From: Balanoglossus misakiensis
Lineage: Eukaryota > Animalia > Hemichordata
Direction of reading: 5' to 3'
DNA: 64,000 nucleotides
Assembly (NCBI GenBank): GCA_040954595.2
Contig: CM082598.2
Coordinates: 8,385,097 to 8,449,096 of the forward strand
The translations under genes were made by a program, and so were the position numbers. The notes under the pieces were generated by a model that saw only the letters and a list, made by a program, of their open reading frames with translations, did no database searches and was not told the origin of the DNA. Within the stretch, counting starts at the first letter, position 1. Every line of letters begins with the position of its first letter. Below are positions 1 through 12,305 of this stretch, in pieces.

Positions 1-2770
1 TTTTGTTGAACATGGACCAGTATAGGGTAAAAAAATTTGCCCAAATTTTGGGTGACCTCAGGTGACCTTTGACCTACTTTGCTATATCTTGGCATCCAGA
101 ACAGGTACAGCATTTGTGTTTGGATGGATCGAACTATTAATGGAGTCTTACACTTTACATAATTAATTATGTGCATATCTAATTTCAGACAAACCAATAG
201 GGCTAGAGATTTTGTTCTTGTGGGACACGGACCAGTATGGGGTCAAAATTTCTTGCCCAAATTTTGGGTGACCACTTATGACCTCTGACCTTCGGCTTAA
301 GCTTGGGCCCGTCATCGCTGCTTGCAGCTATATTCATCTTTTTTTTTTTTTTTGTGTAGTTTTTTTGCTCAGGTAGATCTTGAAAACGGCTGAACCTACA
401 AATCTCAAACTTGGCACAATGGTGCAGGTCTATGAGAGCTGGTGCAGTATCCCTGTGAATGTTTAATTAGTCATGTGACCTGATGACCATATATGGGCAA
501 AGTTTTCAAATGGGTCTAATTTGCATATGAATGGAGATATCAAAATTCTTTTAGCGATTTTTGCAGACCATGTGGTCAGTGTCCTACATGCCAAATGTCA
601 AGGCCGTGGGCCAAGTCTATTTTGAGAAGAAGATTTTTTTATTTTTCATATTTTTGAACCCAGCCATGGGCCTATACTTTCTATAGTTAAGCTATGACGC
701 TATGTCCACGTCGGCTGTGCAATGGTCCTGTACAGTAACTCTCTATTGGCCCGTGAGCAGAATGGGACCACAATAAAAGGCAAAATTTTGGGCTCACCTG
801 TAACACCTGCTTAACTCATTAATTATGTGCATACCTAATTCCAGGCTAACTAATAAGGCTAGAGGTTTTGTTCTTGTGGGACATGGATCAGTATAGCATC
901 AAAAATTTTTGCCCAAATTTTGGGTGACCTCAGGTGACCTTTGACCTACTTTCCTATATCTCGGCATCCACAGCAGGTACTGACTTGGCGTTTGGAGGGT
1001 TGTGACTAAAATTGAAAAGACAAAATTAGGGGTCACCTGTGACACCTGCTTATCGCATTAATTATGTGCATACCTAATTCCAGGCTAGCCAATAGGGCTA
1101 GAGGTTTGATTTTTGTTGAACATGGACCAGTATGGGGTTAAAATTTCTTGCCCAATTTTGGGTGACCTCAGGTGACCTTTGACCTACTTTACCATATCTC
1201 GGCAACCAGCGCAGATACAGCCTTGGCATTTGGAGGCATGGAACTCCTAATGAAGCCTTATACTTTACCCCATTAATTATGTGCATATCTAATTCTAGGC
1301 GAACCAATAGGGTTAGAGGCCTGATTTTTGTTGGACCTGGACTGGTATGGGGTCAAAAGTTTTTGCTAAACTTTCGGATGGCCTCAGGTGACCTTTGACC
1401 TAATTTCCTATATCTCGGCATCCAGAACAGGTACAGCATTTGTGTTTGGATGGATCGAACTATTGATAGAGTCTTACACTTTACATCATTAATTATGCGC
1501 ATATCTAATTTCAGACAAACCAATAGGGCTAGAGGTCTGGTTTCTGTTGGACCTGGACTAGTATGGGGGTCAAAACTTTTTGCCCAATTTTTGGGTGACC
1601 ACATATGACCTTTGACCTTCGGCTTAAGCTTGTGCCCGTCATCGCTGCTTGCAGCTATATTTTCTTCTACTGATTTTTTTTCTTGTGCAGTTTTTTCGGC
1701 CACTTTGATCTTGAAAACGGCTGAACCTACAAATCTCAAACTTGGCCCAGTGGTGCAGGCCTATGAGAGCTGGTGCAGTACCCTCGTGAATGTTTAATAA
1801 GTCATGTGACCTGATGACCATATATGGGCAAAGTTTTCAAATGGGTCTAATTTGCATATGAATGGAGATATCAAAATTCTTTTAGCGATTTTTGTGGACC
1901 ATGTGGTCAGTGTCCTACATGCCAAATGTCAAGGCTGTGGGCCAAGTCTATTTTGAGAAGAAGAGTTTTTTATTTTTCATATTTTTGGACCCAGCCATAG
2001 CCCTATACTTTCTATAGTTAAGCTATGACGCTATATCCACGTCGGCTGTGCAATGGTCCTGTACAGTGACTCTCTATTGGCCCGAAGAATGGAACCACAA
2101 TAAAAGGCAAAATTTTGGCTTACCTGTAACACCTGCTTAACTCATTAATTATGTGCATACCTAATTTCAGGCTAACTAATGTGCCTAGAGGTTTTGTTCT
2201 TGTGGGACATGGACCAGTATGGGATCAAAAAATTTTGCCCAAATTTTGGGTGACCTCAGGTGACCTTTGACCTACTTTCCTATATCTCGGCATCCTCAGC
2301 AGGTACAGACTTGGCGTTTGGAGGGTTGTGACTAAAATTGAAAAGACAAAATTGGGGGTCACCTGTGACACCTGCTTATCTCATTAATTATGTGCATACC
2401 TAATTCCAGGCTAGCCAATAGGGCTAGAGGTTTGATTTTTGTTGAACATGGACCAGTATGGGGTTAAAATTTCTTGCCCAATTTTGGGTGACCTCAGGTG
2501 ACCTTTAACCTACTTTACCATATCTCGGCAACCAGCGCAGATACAGCCTTGGCATTTGGAGGCATGGAACTCCTAATGGAGCCTTATACTTTACCTCATT
2601 AATTATGTGCATATCTAATTCTAGGCGAACCAATAGGGCTAGAGGTCTGGTTTTTGTTGGCCCTGGACTAGTATGGGGTCAAAACTTTTGCCCAAATTTT
2701 GGGTGACCACATATGACCTTTGACCTTCGGCTTAAGCTTGTGCCCGTCATCGCTGCTTGCAGCTATATTT
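1..2770. repeat. Tandem array of a ~1.3-kb complex repeat (about 2.3 units visible, runs off the left edge); possibly a tandemly amplified non-autonomous Helitron/Helentron-like element
   Basis: The unit-end motif GTCATCGCTGCTTGCAGCTATATT recurs at ~311, ~1638 and ~2746 (periods ~1327 and ~1108). Internal ~190-240-bp subrepeats contain TTTTGGGTGACCTCAGGTGACCTTTGACC. The tandem structure is seen directly; the Helentron label is inference. Confidence 0.85.
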
Positions 2771-2989
2771 TGTTATTGCCTTTGTTAAGCCATCTCTTGA
2801 AAAAAGTGGAATAATTACATTTAAACCATCAAAATGTTATAACTTCAACAGGTTATTTACAGTACAAGTAAACAATCTGGATATTTAAAAAATCAAGTAA
2901 TTAAGAATATATAGTGTAGAGTAATGTGAAGTTATTTATTAGCAGAAATGTAATTTGTCATGTATGGTTTTTGTTTGTTTAGTGAAGTC

Positions 2990-5177
2990 ATGGAAAGAGA
3001 AAAGGTGTTTGCGGGAGCTGTGACAGATATTGTTGAGAACAACATGTCACTGAGGAAAGCAGCTGTAAATTGGGGAGTAAAGCGGTCAACACTGAGTGAC
3101 AGAGTCACTGGAAAAGTTTACATTGATAGACGTAAAGGGCCACCACAAATACCTACCACGGCAGAGGAAAAGAAACTATCAGAATGGATCATCAGCATGG
3201 GTCAAGGAGGATTTCGTGTCAGTAAAAATAGATTATTCCAGACTGTGAAAGCTATTCTCGACAAGGACAAAAGAGACACCATTCCAATAAAGAACCTCCA
3301 AATCTTCCCGGTGATTGATGGTACAGGTCCTTCCTGAAGAGGAATCCATTAATGAAACTTGTAAGTACCAGAAACCTGGATTTGACACGTGCCAAGGTGA
3401 CCCAGAGGGAGGTGGCTGATTGTTTTGGAGAGTATGAGAAGTTTATTTCGGATCATGATTTGCTCGACATAGGGCAAATTACAGTTCTAAATGAAATGGG
3501 AAAAAGGGAGAAAATAGGAAACTCAAACAAAGTTCATTTATGCGTTGTCAAAATGCACAAAAGTAAATTCAATAAAGTTCGAAAGTCTCGATGAAATAAA
3601 CGTGACTGCCACGCCCAAGAAACTACAAAACGCTGACGTGGCCGCAGTAATGACACGTCGGGAATTCACAATGAAACTGCTTGCTTGAAATTCCACGAAA
3701 GTTGGGTCCAAACAACGGTTCGCGAAATAATTGACAAAACTTGACTCGCGTACCTCAGATAGTGACGCCTTTGGGGTGATACCGAAGCTGCTGACGTTGA
3801 TTCAACGAAACGACAAAATTCAACCATACGTGTACGACGCTGAAACCCGCGTCCGTACAACACCACTTTGGACTGAGTGAGTGCGGACAAACTTTCACTG
3901 CTACTTATATAAACCTCATTTACATAGCAGGTAGCATACAACACGTCAGCCACCAATAGAAACGCAACAGTCAGCACTTACAAGAAGTTTATTTCGGATC
4001 ATGATTTGCTCGACAAGCCAGCTCAGATCTGGAATTGGAATGAATCTGGTTTCTGTATGCAAGTACAGACTGGTAAAGTGCTTGGACCAGCAAACAGCAA
4101 GACTCAAATAAGTGGCTTGGCCTGTATCAACGCTGCTGGTGGGTCAATTCCACCTTACCACTTGTTTCCATTGAAGACCGTTCCACGATCATGGAATCCG
4201 TTGTCGGGAGAAGTTGAAGGAGCCAGCTGCTATTTCACAGAAACTGGCTGGATGGAAACTAAGGCGTTTTATGCATGGCTTGCAAACCATTTTATTCCAA
4301 ACTTAACGGCGACAAGGCCTGTAGTGCTATATTTTGACAGCCACATCTCTCATTTGGATTTCGAAATATTCAAGCTTGCAAAAGAGCACAACATCTTGCT
4401 ATACCGACTTTTGCCGAACGCATCACATTTCCCGCAACTGTGTGATGTCTCTCTTTGGTCCCTTGAAAGCTGCATGGGTCACCGCAGTCAGGGAATACAT
4501 GGCGGAAAATCCTGGTGAAGAGGTCACCAAAAAAAACTTTTGCCAGGGTGTTCAGATCTGCATGGCAACGTGGTGCAACGATGATGAATATAACCAACAG
4601 TTTTCTCAGATCAGGGTTATATCCAATCAATCGCTCAAACATTCCAAGTAATATGCTGCTCCCTTCAACTACTTTTCAAGATTGCACGGCCGATAAAGAT
4701 GTCGAGGAAAGCCAGATGGAGACACAGGCAGCAGTGAAGAACACCATCAACAGTCCCTTGGAAATGATTGAAGAGGTAATGACTACACCTGAGAAGGAAA
4801 ACTACCGAAAACGAATTGAAGAGGGCTACGACTTGCCTGGCAGTCCACCATTCCGAATCTGGAAAAAAGCCTCACAAGCACATAGTATTGAATGTGGAGC
4901 TGCTACGTCTTCACACTCATCTGACAACGACAAAGGTGTGTCTGCAGAGTCCAACACAGCAACAGATTCCTCTGCCGCAAGCAACACCAGTGTCACATCA
5001 AACCAATCAGTTGCAAGCAAAGCAGCCCCATCATCTGACTGTACAAGTACACCAGTCACCTCAAGTTACAGGAAAATTACAGGCACAACACCACCATGTA
5101 ATAAAGTATCTCCAGTCCTAGATGAAGTGCTCTCTTATCCGGAAATTTGGAAGAGAAAGAAGAAGCCTGAAACATAA
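2990..5177 (+). pseudogene. pogo/Tigger (CENP-B/Jerky-like) DDE_1 transposase, frameshifted and interrupted
   Basis: HTH-psq-like MSLRKAAVNWGVKRSTLSDRV; CENP-B HTH-like TTAEEKKLSEWII; DDE_1 motifs IWNWNESGF (first Asp changed to Asn), FDSHISH and LPNASHFPQLCDVS/LFGPLK. Spread over ORFs 2960-3337, 3352-3594, 4006-4518, 4334-4651 and 4515-5177. Confidence 0.88.
3470..3982. mobile_element. 513-bp insertion in the pogo transposase, flanked by a 33-bp direct duplication
   Basis: AGAAGTTTATTTCGGATCATGATTTGCTCGACA is identical at 3437-3469 and 3983-4015. Removing the insert and one copy rejoins the transposase (YEKFISDHDLLD/KPAQIWN). Confidence 0.8.
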
Positions 5178-6014
5178 TTTTTTTTTTTTTTTTTGGGGGG
5201 GGGGGGAGGGATCTTGGCAAATTCTACTTCTGCATTACAAAATTCTCAGTACTGGCACTGGTGGCCAGAATATGTTGTGCAAACACCAACTGTAAATGTA
5301 ATGACCTATGTTGTTATTGGGAAATATAGAATTGAATTCAGTTACAAGTACATGTGTCAGCGTTTTTCTCTGAGATATTTCTGGTAAAAAGAGAAACAAT
5401 TATATCGCCCTGTCTGCATCTGAGTAAATATGCCAGAGAACCGCATTTACCTTCAGCCTAAAAAAAAAATAAAAAAAAAAAAATATTCGCTCGCCGCTCC
5501 TGGAACTTGGTCCAAAAAATCCGATGAACAAGATTTTTATTCTCTCTGGCCTAAGCAAAAACTTTTTTTGTCATTTTTTACACCAAAAACGTGGGGAAAA
5601 TGAGAACATTTCAAAAATTTACATGATATTGAAGGTGTAACCAATCTTTAGGGATTTGATTTCAAAGGGAAAAATGGGTGAGGGGTCAACTGAGGTTGGT
5701 CTGGTTAGGCATTACTGTCCCTTTAAAGACCATATATTGCCTTTTCAAATCATGTCAGAAGATTAAAAAATGTTCAAAAGAAATCTAATATTTTCCAAAA
5801 ATGACAATATTTTTCGGGTATCGATTTCTATAATATTCGTTTTGTTCTCATAAAATGCTTCAAAATCCACCCTGTCTTGAAAAGTCCGAGTTCAGATTTG
5901 CTGCATTTTGATCACGTGACGTGACGTCACAAGAGGAACCCTTCAGGTAGACCAGCTTTAGCGATGCTCACAGGTGTCATACGGTGTTTTCGTGCTTTTC
6001 TGTGTAATACCATA

Positions 6015-7017
6015 ATGGGAAAAGGAGTTGTTTGCCATGGTTGCAGCAACAAATTACCAAGACGGGAGTCACCCGTGTAAATTCCTCGAAAATCAATGAA
6101 AGTCTATGCCACGATCATCAACATCGTACGGTGGATATGAAGCCGGTGCGGTACCGGTGACGGCCGTGGCAGTAACTGTCAATGCATGACCGTTGAACGA
6201 TAATCGGCCAGGTTCGAATCACGAGAAGACAATCCGCACCCTTACAGGAAAATAGAAGCCTGTCAGCAGGAGAGGTCGACCAGTGATCAATATTCAATTT
6301 AGAACACAACAGAACATTTATACCCGGTATTGGTGTTCATACAATGTTCCAGCGACCGCGATTTGCCCAGTACTGTAGTAGCTGAACTGGCAGTATGCGT
6401 AAACACAATTTTGCGTTGGCCGACATCATTATTATTCACGCTTCGGTCTGGGTAACCGGTATCCAGTGACCACAAACTTCGATCGATGTAAAAACTTGAA
6501 CGTTCAAAATATTACCGTTACTATTTCACGTTTTTTTCAGTCGTAGCTTTGTATGGCTTCGGCTGAATGGTCACCACCTTTCTTTTCTAATTTCTTTGTT
6601 TACAAGTTTTACGTCGCACTATGTCCGACTCATCGGCTCCAAAACACACTGTACAAATTTTGAAACAAAATGTGTTGAATAAATTTTGCCGCGTGTGAGT
6701 GAAAACCGTTTCCAAACTTGGATATTTGTGTGTATCTGTATGACATAAAACCTCATATGAATGTTGTAATTTGTGGACTAGATGACAAGAGCTACCACCT
6801 TGGCCAAAGAAGCAATTCGTGTTTTATTTTCAGTGTAGATTTGTGCATACCAGCCGAATCTGCTTGATGGTTAGAAGTCAAAGGTCAAGCACATGCGCGT
6901 TCTTTACAGCTGATGTTTATAAAGATTAACACATATAACAGACGTGGACGTAATGAAAGAGCAGGAAGCCATCCACGTAGCTGCAGTCGACGCAGAACGT
7001 TCGCGGAGACGATGGTG
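6015..7017 (+). pseudogene. Possible decayed THAP zinc-finger exons at the 5' end of the transposase gene
   Basis: The ATG at 6015 gives MGKGVVCHGCSN (CxxxGCSN-like THAP start), just after the subterminal TGACGTCA motif. After an acceptor at ~6833 there are RFV and CAFFTADVY remnants, then a GTAAGT donor at 7018 that could splice to the TTTTACAG acceptor at 7523. Heavily degenerate. Confidence 0.35.
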
Positions 7018-7540
7018 GTAAGTTGCCATCTGTTTTGTGTAAATTTACATTGTATATTTCATGTTTGTAAACAATGATCATGCAGTTTGAAATTTCAAAG
7101 CTTGTGTTACCAGTTACTCTTTTATGTACCATCATGGACGTAAAAAAGATGGATGTGCTGATGATAATTTATTATCATGATCATGGTATGATAATTCCCA
7201 TGAGTGTGATCAGTAAGTGTATGGTATGTTACTAACTAAACTTTCCACATTGATCAACTTTTATAAAGTAAATTTTTTTTTAGATACCTGTTCCCTTTAT
7301 ATTGTACTCCTAAAGGGGCATATTTCTTGATGTGGGCACTTCTATTGAAATAAACAAATGATCTTTGTTTTTAACTGTTTATTGGAAAACAAAAGGGACA
7401 GGTGTGCTGACATATACTCCTTTAGAGATGTACGTACATTTGCTGAGAAGGTTTGTTAATGGTTTTTATTTCTTTTTTTTTCAACAGTATCTGTAACTGT
7501 ATGACATATATCAATTTTTACAGTTCCGCTATCACTGAAA

Positions 7541-9524
7541 ATGGATTATCACAAAGAACGTTTAAACCACATGTGCCGCCTCTGCGGAGGAGACTCAGCC
7601 TTTCCATCCAACCGCCAACCAGTCCTGAAATCCAACCATGCAACTCAAATCCTGAAAGGTCTATGTATAGATGTTTCAGGGGAAGATCCAGCCATATACC
7701 CACCATACATCTGTCTTCCATGCTCCAAAAAACTCTCAAGATGGCATTCTAAGAACAAAAGAAGAATAGTGAAGAATACACTTAACATCAGCCTATCATC
7801 ATTCACAGAACATTCTGACAGTTGCACTCTTTGTTACATCCCAGCCCCTTCTGACCTTGGAAACTTGGAAAGGCGAGAAATTCACACAGCTTACAGGAAC
7901 ACGTGTCTATCTTGGGCACAAAGCATGGTTACCATGTCCTGTCTCAACCAGATCATATAATCTGCATGAAAACAAGAACAGGAGGTAGATACATCACTCA
8001 GAGGATACAAATACTAGTACACAGAAGTGGCACTTGGTCTGTTGAAATTCATGGTCGCATAGTTACAAAATGTGCAGTTTTCAGCACTTTACCAACAGTG
8101 TTAGACTGTGATTCCTCATCAAATTTATTAACAGTTATTGCTGATTCAGCTATCTGCAATGGAAATGCTGGATTTGACAGGCTGTGCATTGCAAAGAGAT
8201 TATCAGCACATCATCCAGCAATCTTCCTAAATCAGTTGGGATCTGTTGAAGCCTATGAAGAGAATGATGGACAAACTTCCACAGTAAGCCACACAAAATG
8301 TGAACCTGTCACTAAGGCATCCAATGGCTGCTGTCAAGTTTGCCGCTTGTACAGATCAAATTTGACATCACTCACCAGCAAAATGAACCACCAGCAAAAT
8401 GCAACCACCAAGTCTTCCAGCAAAATTCGGAATAGCTGGCTACCCCGCAAAGCGTTAGAAGAAAAAGCAAAGAATCTCTACAACGAAAATGTACGCATGA
8501 AAAGGAAAATCAAGTAGTGAGGGAAATGATCGACAAAGAGGGGGAAGTACTCGATGACCAAATATCATCATCATTTGCACAAATTATGGAAGAACAACAG
8601 TCCGGAATAGAGGCCAGAAGTCATCCCCACAATACATGTTTTGGAAACAGCAACGAGAAGCATACAGTGCCAGCAAGACCAGGAGAAGATGGCATCCATT
8701 TTTCTTAAAGTGGTGCATTGCATTGCATGCAAAATCACCTAGTGCCTACAAAATGATGAGAGGATCACCATACCTTGTCCTGCCACACGAGACGACTCTG
8801 AAACACTACACATAGTTTACAGAAGCCGGTCATGGATGCAGTCCAGCAATTATCGAAAGATTAAAGAACGAAATAAGATTTGAAGATTTGCCAGACTTCA
8901 AGAAGAATGTTAGCCTTTTATTTGATGAGATCAAAGTGAAATCAAATCTGGTGTATTCACAGTCATCTGGAAAACTGATTGGTTTTATAAACCAGGGCAA
9001 TTTTAATGAAGAATTGAGACTATTCCAGTGAAGCTCTCCAGTGTAGACGAAACAGGAAACCTAGAAGAAAGTAAAATGCCTCTTGCTACTCACGTCCTTG
9101 CATTGATGGTGCGCGGAATATTTTATCCGTTGCGAGAGGTTTCGCCTGGTATCCATGTGTTGGTTTTAATAGCTACCAGTTATTTTGGGTAATATGGGAA
9201 GGGATTATGATGCTAGAATATGCAGGTTTTCGAGTTCGAGCATTGGTGTCTGATGGTGCCTCACCCAATAGACGTTTTTATCGTATCCATAAAGATGAAG
9301 GCAACAATGATGCTGATGTCACATACTTCGCAAGTAACCCATGTGATCCACAAAGGAAAGTCTACTTTGTATGTGATACGCCACACTTAATCAAAACAAC
9401 GAGAAACAATTGGGAAAATTCCGGCTGGCATAACAAGACGAGACTGTTGAGATTTGTAAAAAAACAAGTGCACCATGACTTTGAAACAGAGAAAGCATTA
9501 CACAACTCAACCAAGTTAAATTAA
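7541..9524 (+). pseudogene. P-element/THAP9-type DDE transposase with a RAG1-like N-terminal Zn-binding domain; frameshifts, stops and 3' truncation
   Basis: N-terminus HKERLNHMCRLCG...IDVSGEDPAIYPPYICLPC...EHSDSCTLC. Core, across frameshifts: RWHP..KWCIALHAKSPSAYKMMR...LPHETTLKHY (~8690-8810), LLFDEIKVKSNLVY (~8915), ATHVLALMVRGI, VRALVSDGASPNRRF, CDTPHLIKTTRNN (DxxH). No third catalytic Glu region is found after ~9450. Confidence 0.85.
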
Positions 9525-9565
9525 ATATTTCAGGTTTTATTCATTCAAACATTTGTAAATAATTC

Positions 9566-11349
9566 TCAAACAATTAAATTGCACAATACTGGAGAAAAAT
9601 AAAAGACCATCTCTGTTATTTTGCTGGTAAAAGTGGCAAGAAGTACAGAAAAGCATTCTGTTACAAGGTCAGTGCTACCTGAATCATTAAGGTCCTCATT
9701 TTTCAGCTGTTTTCTCAAGGCTTTTTTCTCCCTTCTTGGATACTCTTGCCTCATTTTTTCCGCAAATACATATAGACATTGACAAAAGCCCTACAACGAA
9801 TATTTACATAGCATTCCAGGACCCTCAGAAACAACTTTGAGGCTACTGGCTCATTAACAGCATGCGTTAGTGTAAACCACCCACTAATTACTGATTGAGA
9901 AGTTTGTAAACTATCCAATATTGCATTCTTCAGACTGTCATTCTGATAGGACTTGGCGTTACTGGTGTTCAAATGAAGCCTGACAACACTCTCCAAGTGT
10001 CTAAAGAACAAGTACACATTATTATTAACTTCGAAAAGCCCACCTCTATTTACCTTATCTATCCAACCCTTGCTAAACTTAAGGAAGCTACTGGAATCAG
10101 TATCACCAGCTGTCTTCCATGTATGGAGTACATCAATGCATTCCATTGCATATTCATTATTTTGGAATCTGGAGAAAAATCTGATGAGCTTACGTGGCAC
10201 AAAACCAGCAACATATCTCGAAATCTCCTCTTCTGTAGAAATATCACTCTCTTCTAATCTTTCCGGCATGCACTTAATTTCCTTGGATCTAGCTTGTACT
10301 AAAAGTTTTGCCATGCCTTGTAAAAGAAACTGCTTAAGAAGTAACATCCCTTGATCAGATAAATGAAATGATGCATTCTTAAGGAATGCAACAGTTACAT
10401 TGGTTGGTAAAGGACTTAACCGCAAAGCATGGAAAGCCGAACAAAGATTATCGAGTGATGCTGGTGATATCTCTTGAACGCAAATCTCTGGAAAGAGCTC
10501 CTCCACCATGGAACTTGCAAATTCTTCTACAATTGGTGAATCTTGGTTCTTTGTTATGAATGCCAGCACTTGCTGTATCTACTTGTTGAGCTTCGCATTA
10601 AGTGAAAGGATTGAGTTACTCAGCAAGTTTTTTTGCAGTCTGGTACAGCAGTGAACAGCTTTCTTCTTTCGCTCTTGTCAGAGTGTATGATGACAGACAA
10701 CGAACTGCAAAGAGAAATTATACACATTTTGTTCAGTGAATTATGTTGGCGGAGAAAAAAAGGAAATGTTACCACTTTTTATGAGCAATGATGGGACACA
10801 AAATACCCAACTACAATGTAGCACTACCTGGCCACTGAGAACATGAAACTCCATTTTAACTTTGATATAAGCATGAAATGACTGGAGAGATGCATTTTTA
10901 TCTTTCAATTCTGAAAAATAAAAATAAAAAAATTAAAAATATAAACAATACCTTTTCGCACATTTCTCTTTGTTTTCTTTACATGACTGACTTGACCATC
11001 TCTTGATGTTGTATATGGACTTCGCCCCTGATTTTCCTTCCCTGCGAACAAAAAAGTCTGTACATGAATGAAAAACTTTGCAAAATGGAGTGGAATGAAT
11101 GTGATTGTGAGTAAACAATAGAAAGTGAACGCATCTGATCACTAGAAACTTTTATTTTCAACGTTGAGAATATACCACATATTTCTAGACATGTCCTCTT
11201 GTTCAATCGGTCAATCTTTAGTCAGAGGACAATTTCCATAGCAATTATTAATAGCACAACTGGTTACGCTAGCTAGAAATTTGAGCAATTTCCTTACCAA
11301 GACACGCGTCACATATCCACTCACCATCCGGAACAGTGTCTTCTGTCAT
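9566..11349 (-). pseudogene. Convergent second gene of the element, resembling the C-terminal domain of P/THAP9-type transposases; spliced and partly disrupted
   Basis: ORF 9751-10569 contains EEISRYVAGFVPRKL and WIDKVNRGGLFEV; a frameshifted basic tail KKALRKQLK lies in 9566-9754. Candidate upstream exons: ATG 11349 to a GTGAGT donor at 11324, an exon at ~10951-11042, and an acceptor at ~10705. Confidence 0.6.
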
Positions 11350-11910
11350 GTCATACACTGATAATGATACCAGGTTATCTGACATTTATCGTTATCACAT
11401 GAACTGGCCCTGATCACCACCTGTGTGACGTAGACCAGGACAGATCAAAAATCCTGATCACCCCTGTGTTACGTCATCAACCGGAACTATTTCCACCGAT
11501 TCGCCGTAGCTTTGTTGTCAAACAGAAACAGTACGTGTAGCGCGCGGCATTTACAATACAGAAATGAAATAAAAAAAATACGGTTCCATGACAATAACGC
11601 TTTGTAAGCTCAAAACAGAAAGGTGGAATTTGGAAAGAAGACAGTCGACGCAACGATCATGGACGATCGTGGCTGTCAAAGTTTTGGGTCAGGTGTACAT
11701 AGCCTAGGCTAGGCGCAAGTCCGGTACGTTCCGAGTCGAATCAGCGTGGGGAATTGTTTCGAGCCAGTTCAGCGTGACGACTGAACCTCTCTATTGCACC
11801 GGTCAACGAAATGTATAAGACGTGGCAACAGGTTGCAGTAAAATTGTTAGAGAATCGATTACATTTGTGTAAGGCCGAACTTCGAGCGAACGGAACTCAA
11901 CGGGACGACT

Positions 11911-12004
11911 TGTTGGGAGATTTTATGAATGATCAGCGATAGTTCACCATTTGCGTATATGCAAATGATGAACTATCGCTGATCATTCATAAAATCTCCC
12001 AACA
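11911..12004. repeat. 94-bp near-perfect palindrome
   Basis: The arm TGTTGGGAGATTTTATGAATGATCAGCGATAGTTCACCATTTGC and its reverse complement (one mismatch) surround GTATAT. Confidence 0.95.
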
Positions 12005-12120
12005 TATATCTCCTGGGGGACATAATCCCGCTCAGTAAAATACGACACCGCTCCAAAATTGTTGCAAGGTACTGAATTGTTTTAGTCCTGCCTCTTCTAA
12101 CGAAAAATAAGAAGACTGTT

Positions 12121-12305
12121 CATGTGATAAATATATAATCCCATGATATCTTTCTTTGTTTAACGTCATCGTATACTCGTGGTTTTCGCGGAAGCGTACA
12201 ACTTCTCGCCTGCGGCTCGAAGTTGCACTGCTCCGCGAAAACCACTCGTATACGATGACGTCAAACAAAGAAAGATATCATGGGATTATATGTAACTATC
12301 ACATG
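12121..12305 (-). mobile_element. Palindromic hairpin element with CTCG/CTCG internal loops (same design as the Crypton-associated hairpins)
   Basis: Arms ATATAATCCCATGATATCTTTCTTTGTTT... and ...AAACAAAGAAAGATATCATGGGATTATAT (12133-12291); centre AACTT-CTCG-CCTGCGG-CTCG-AAGTT. Confidence 0.7.
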
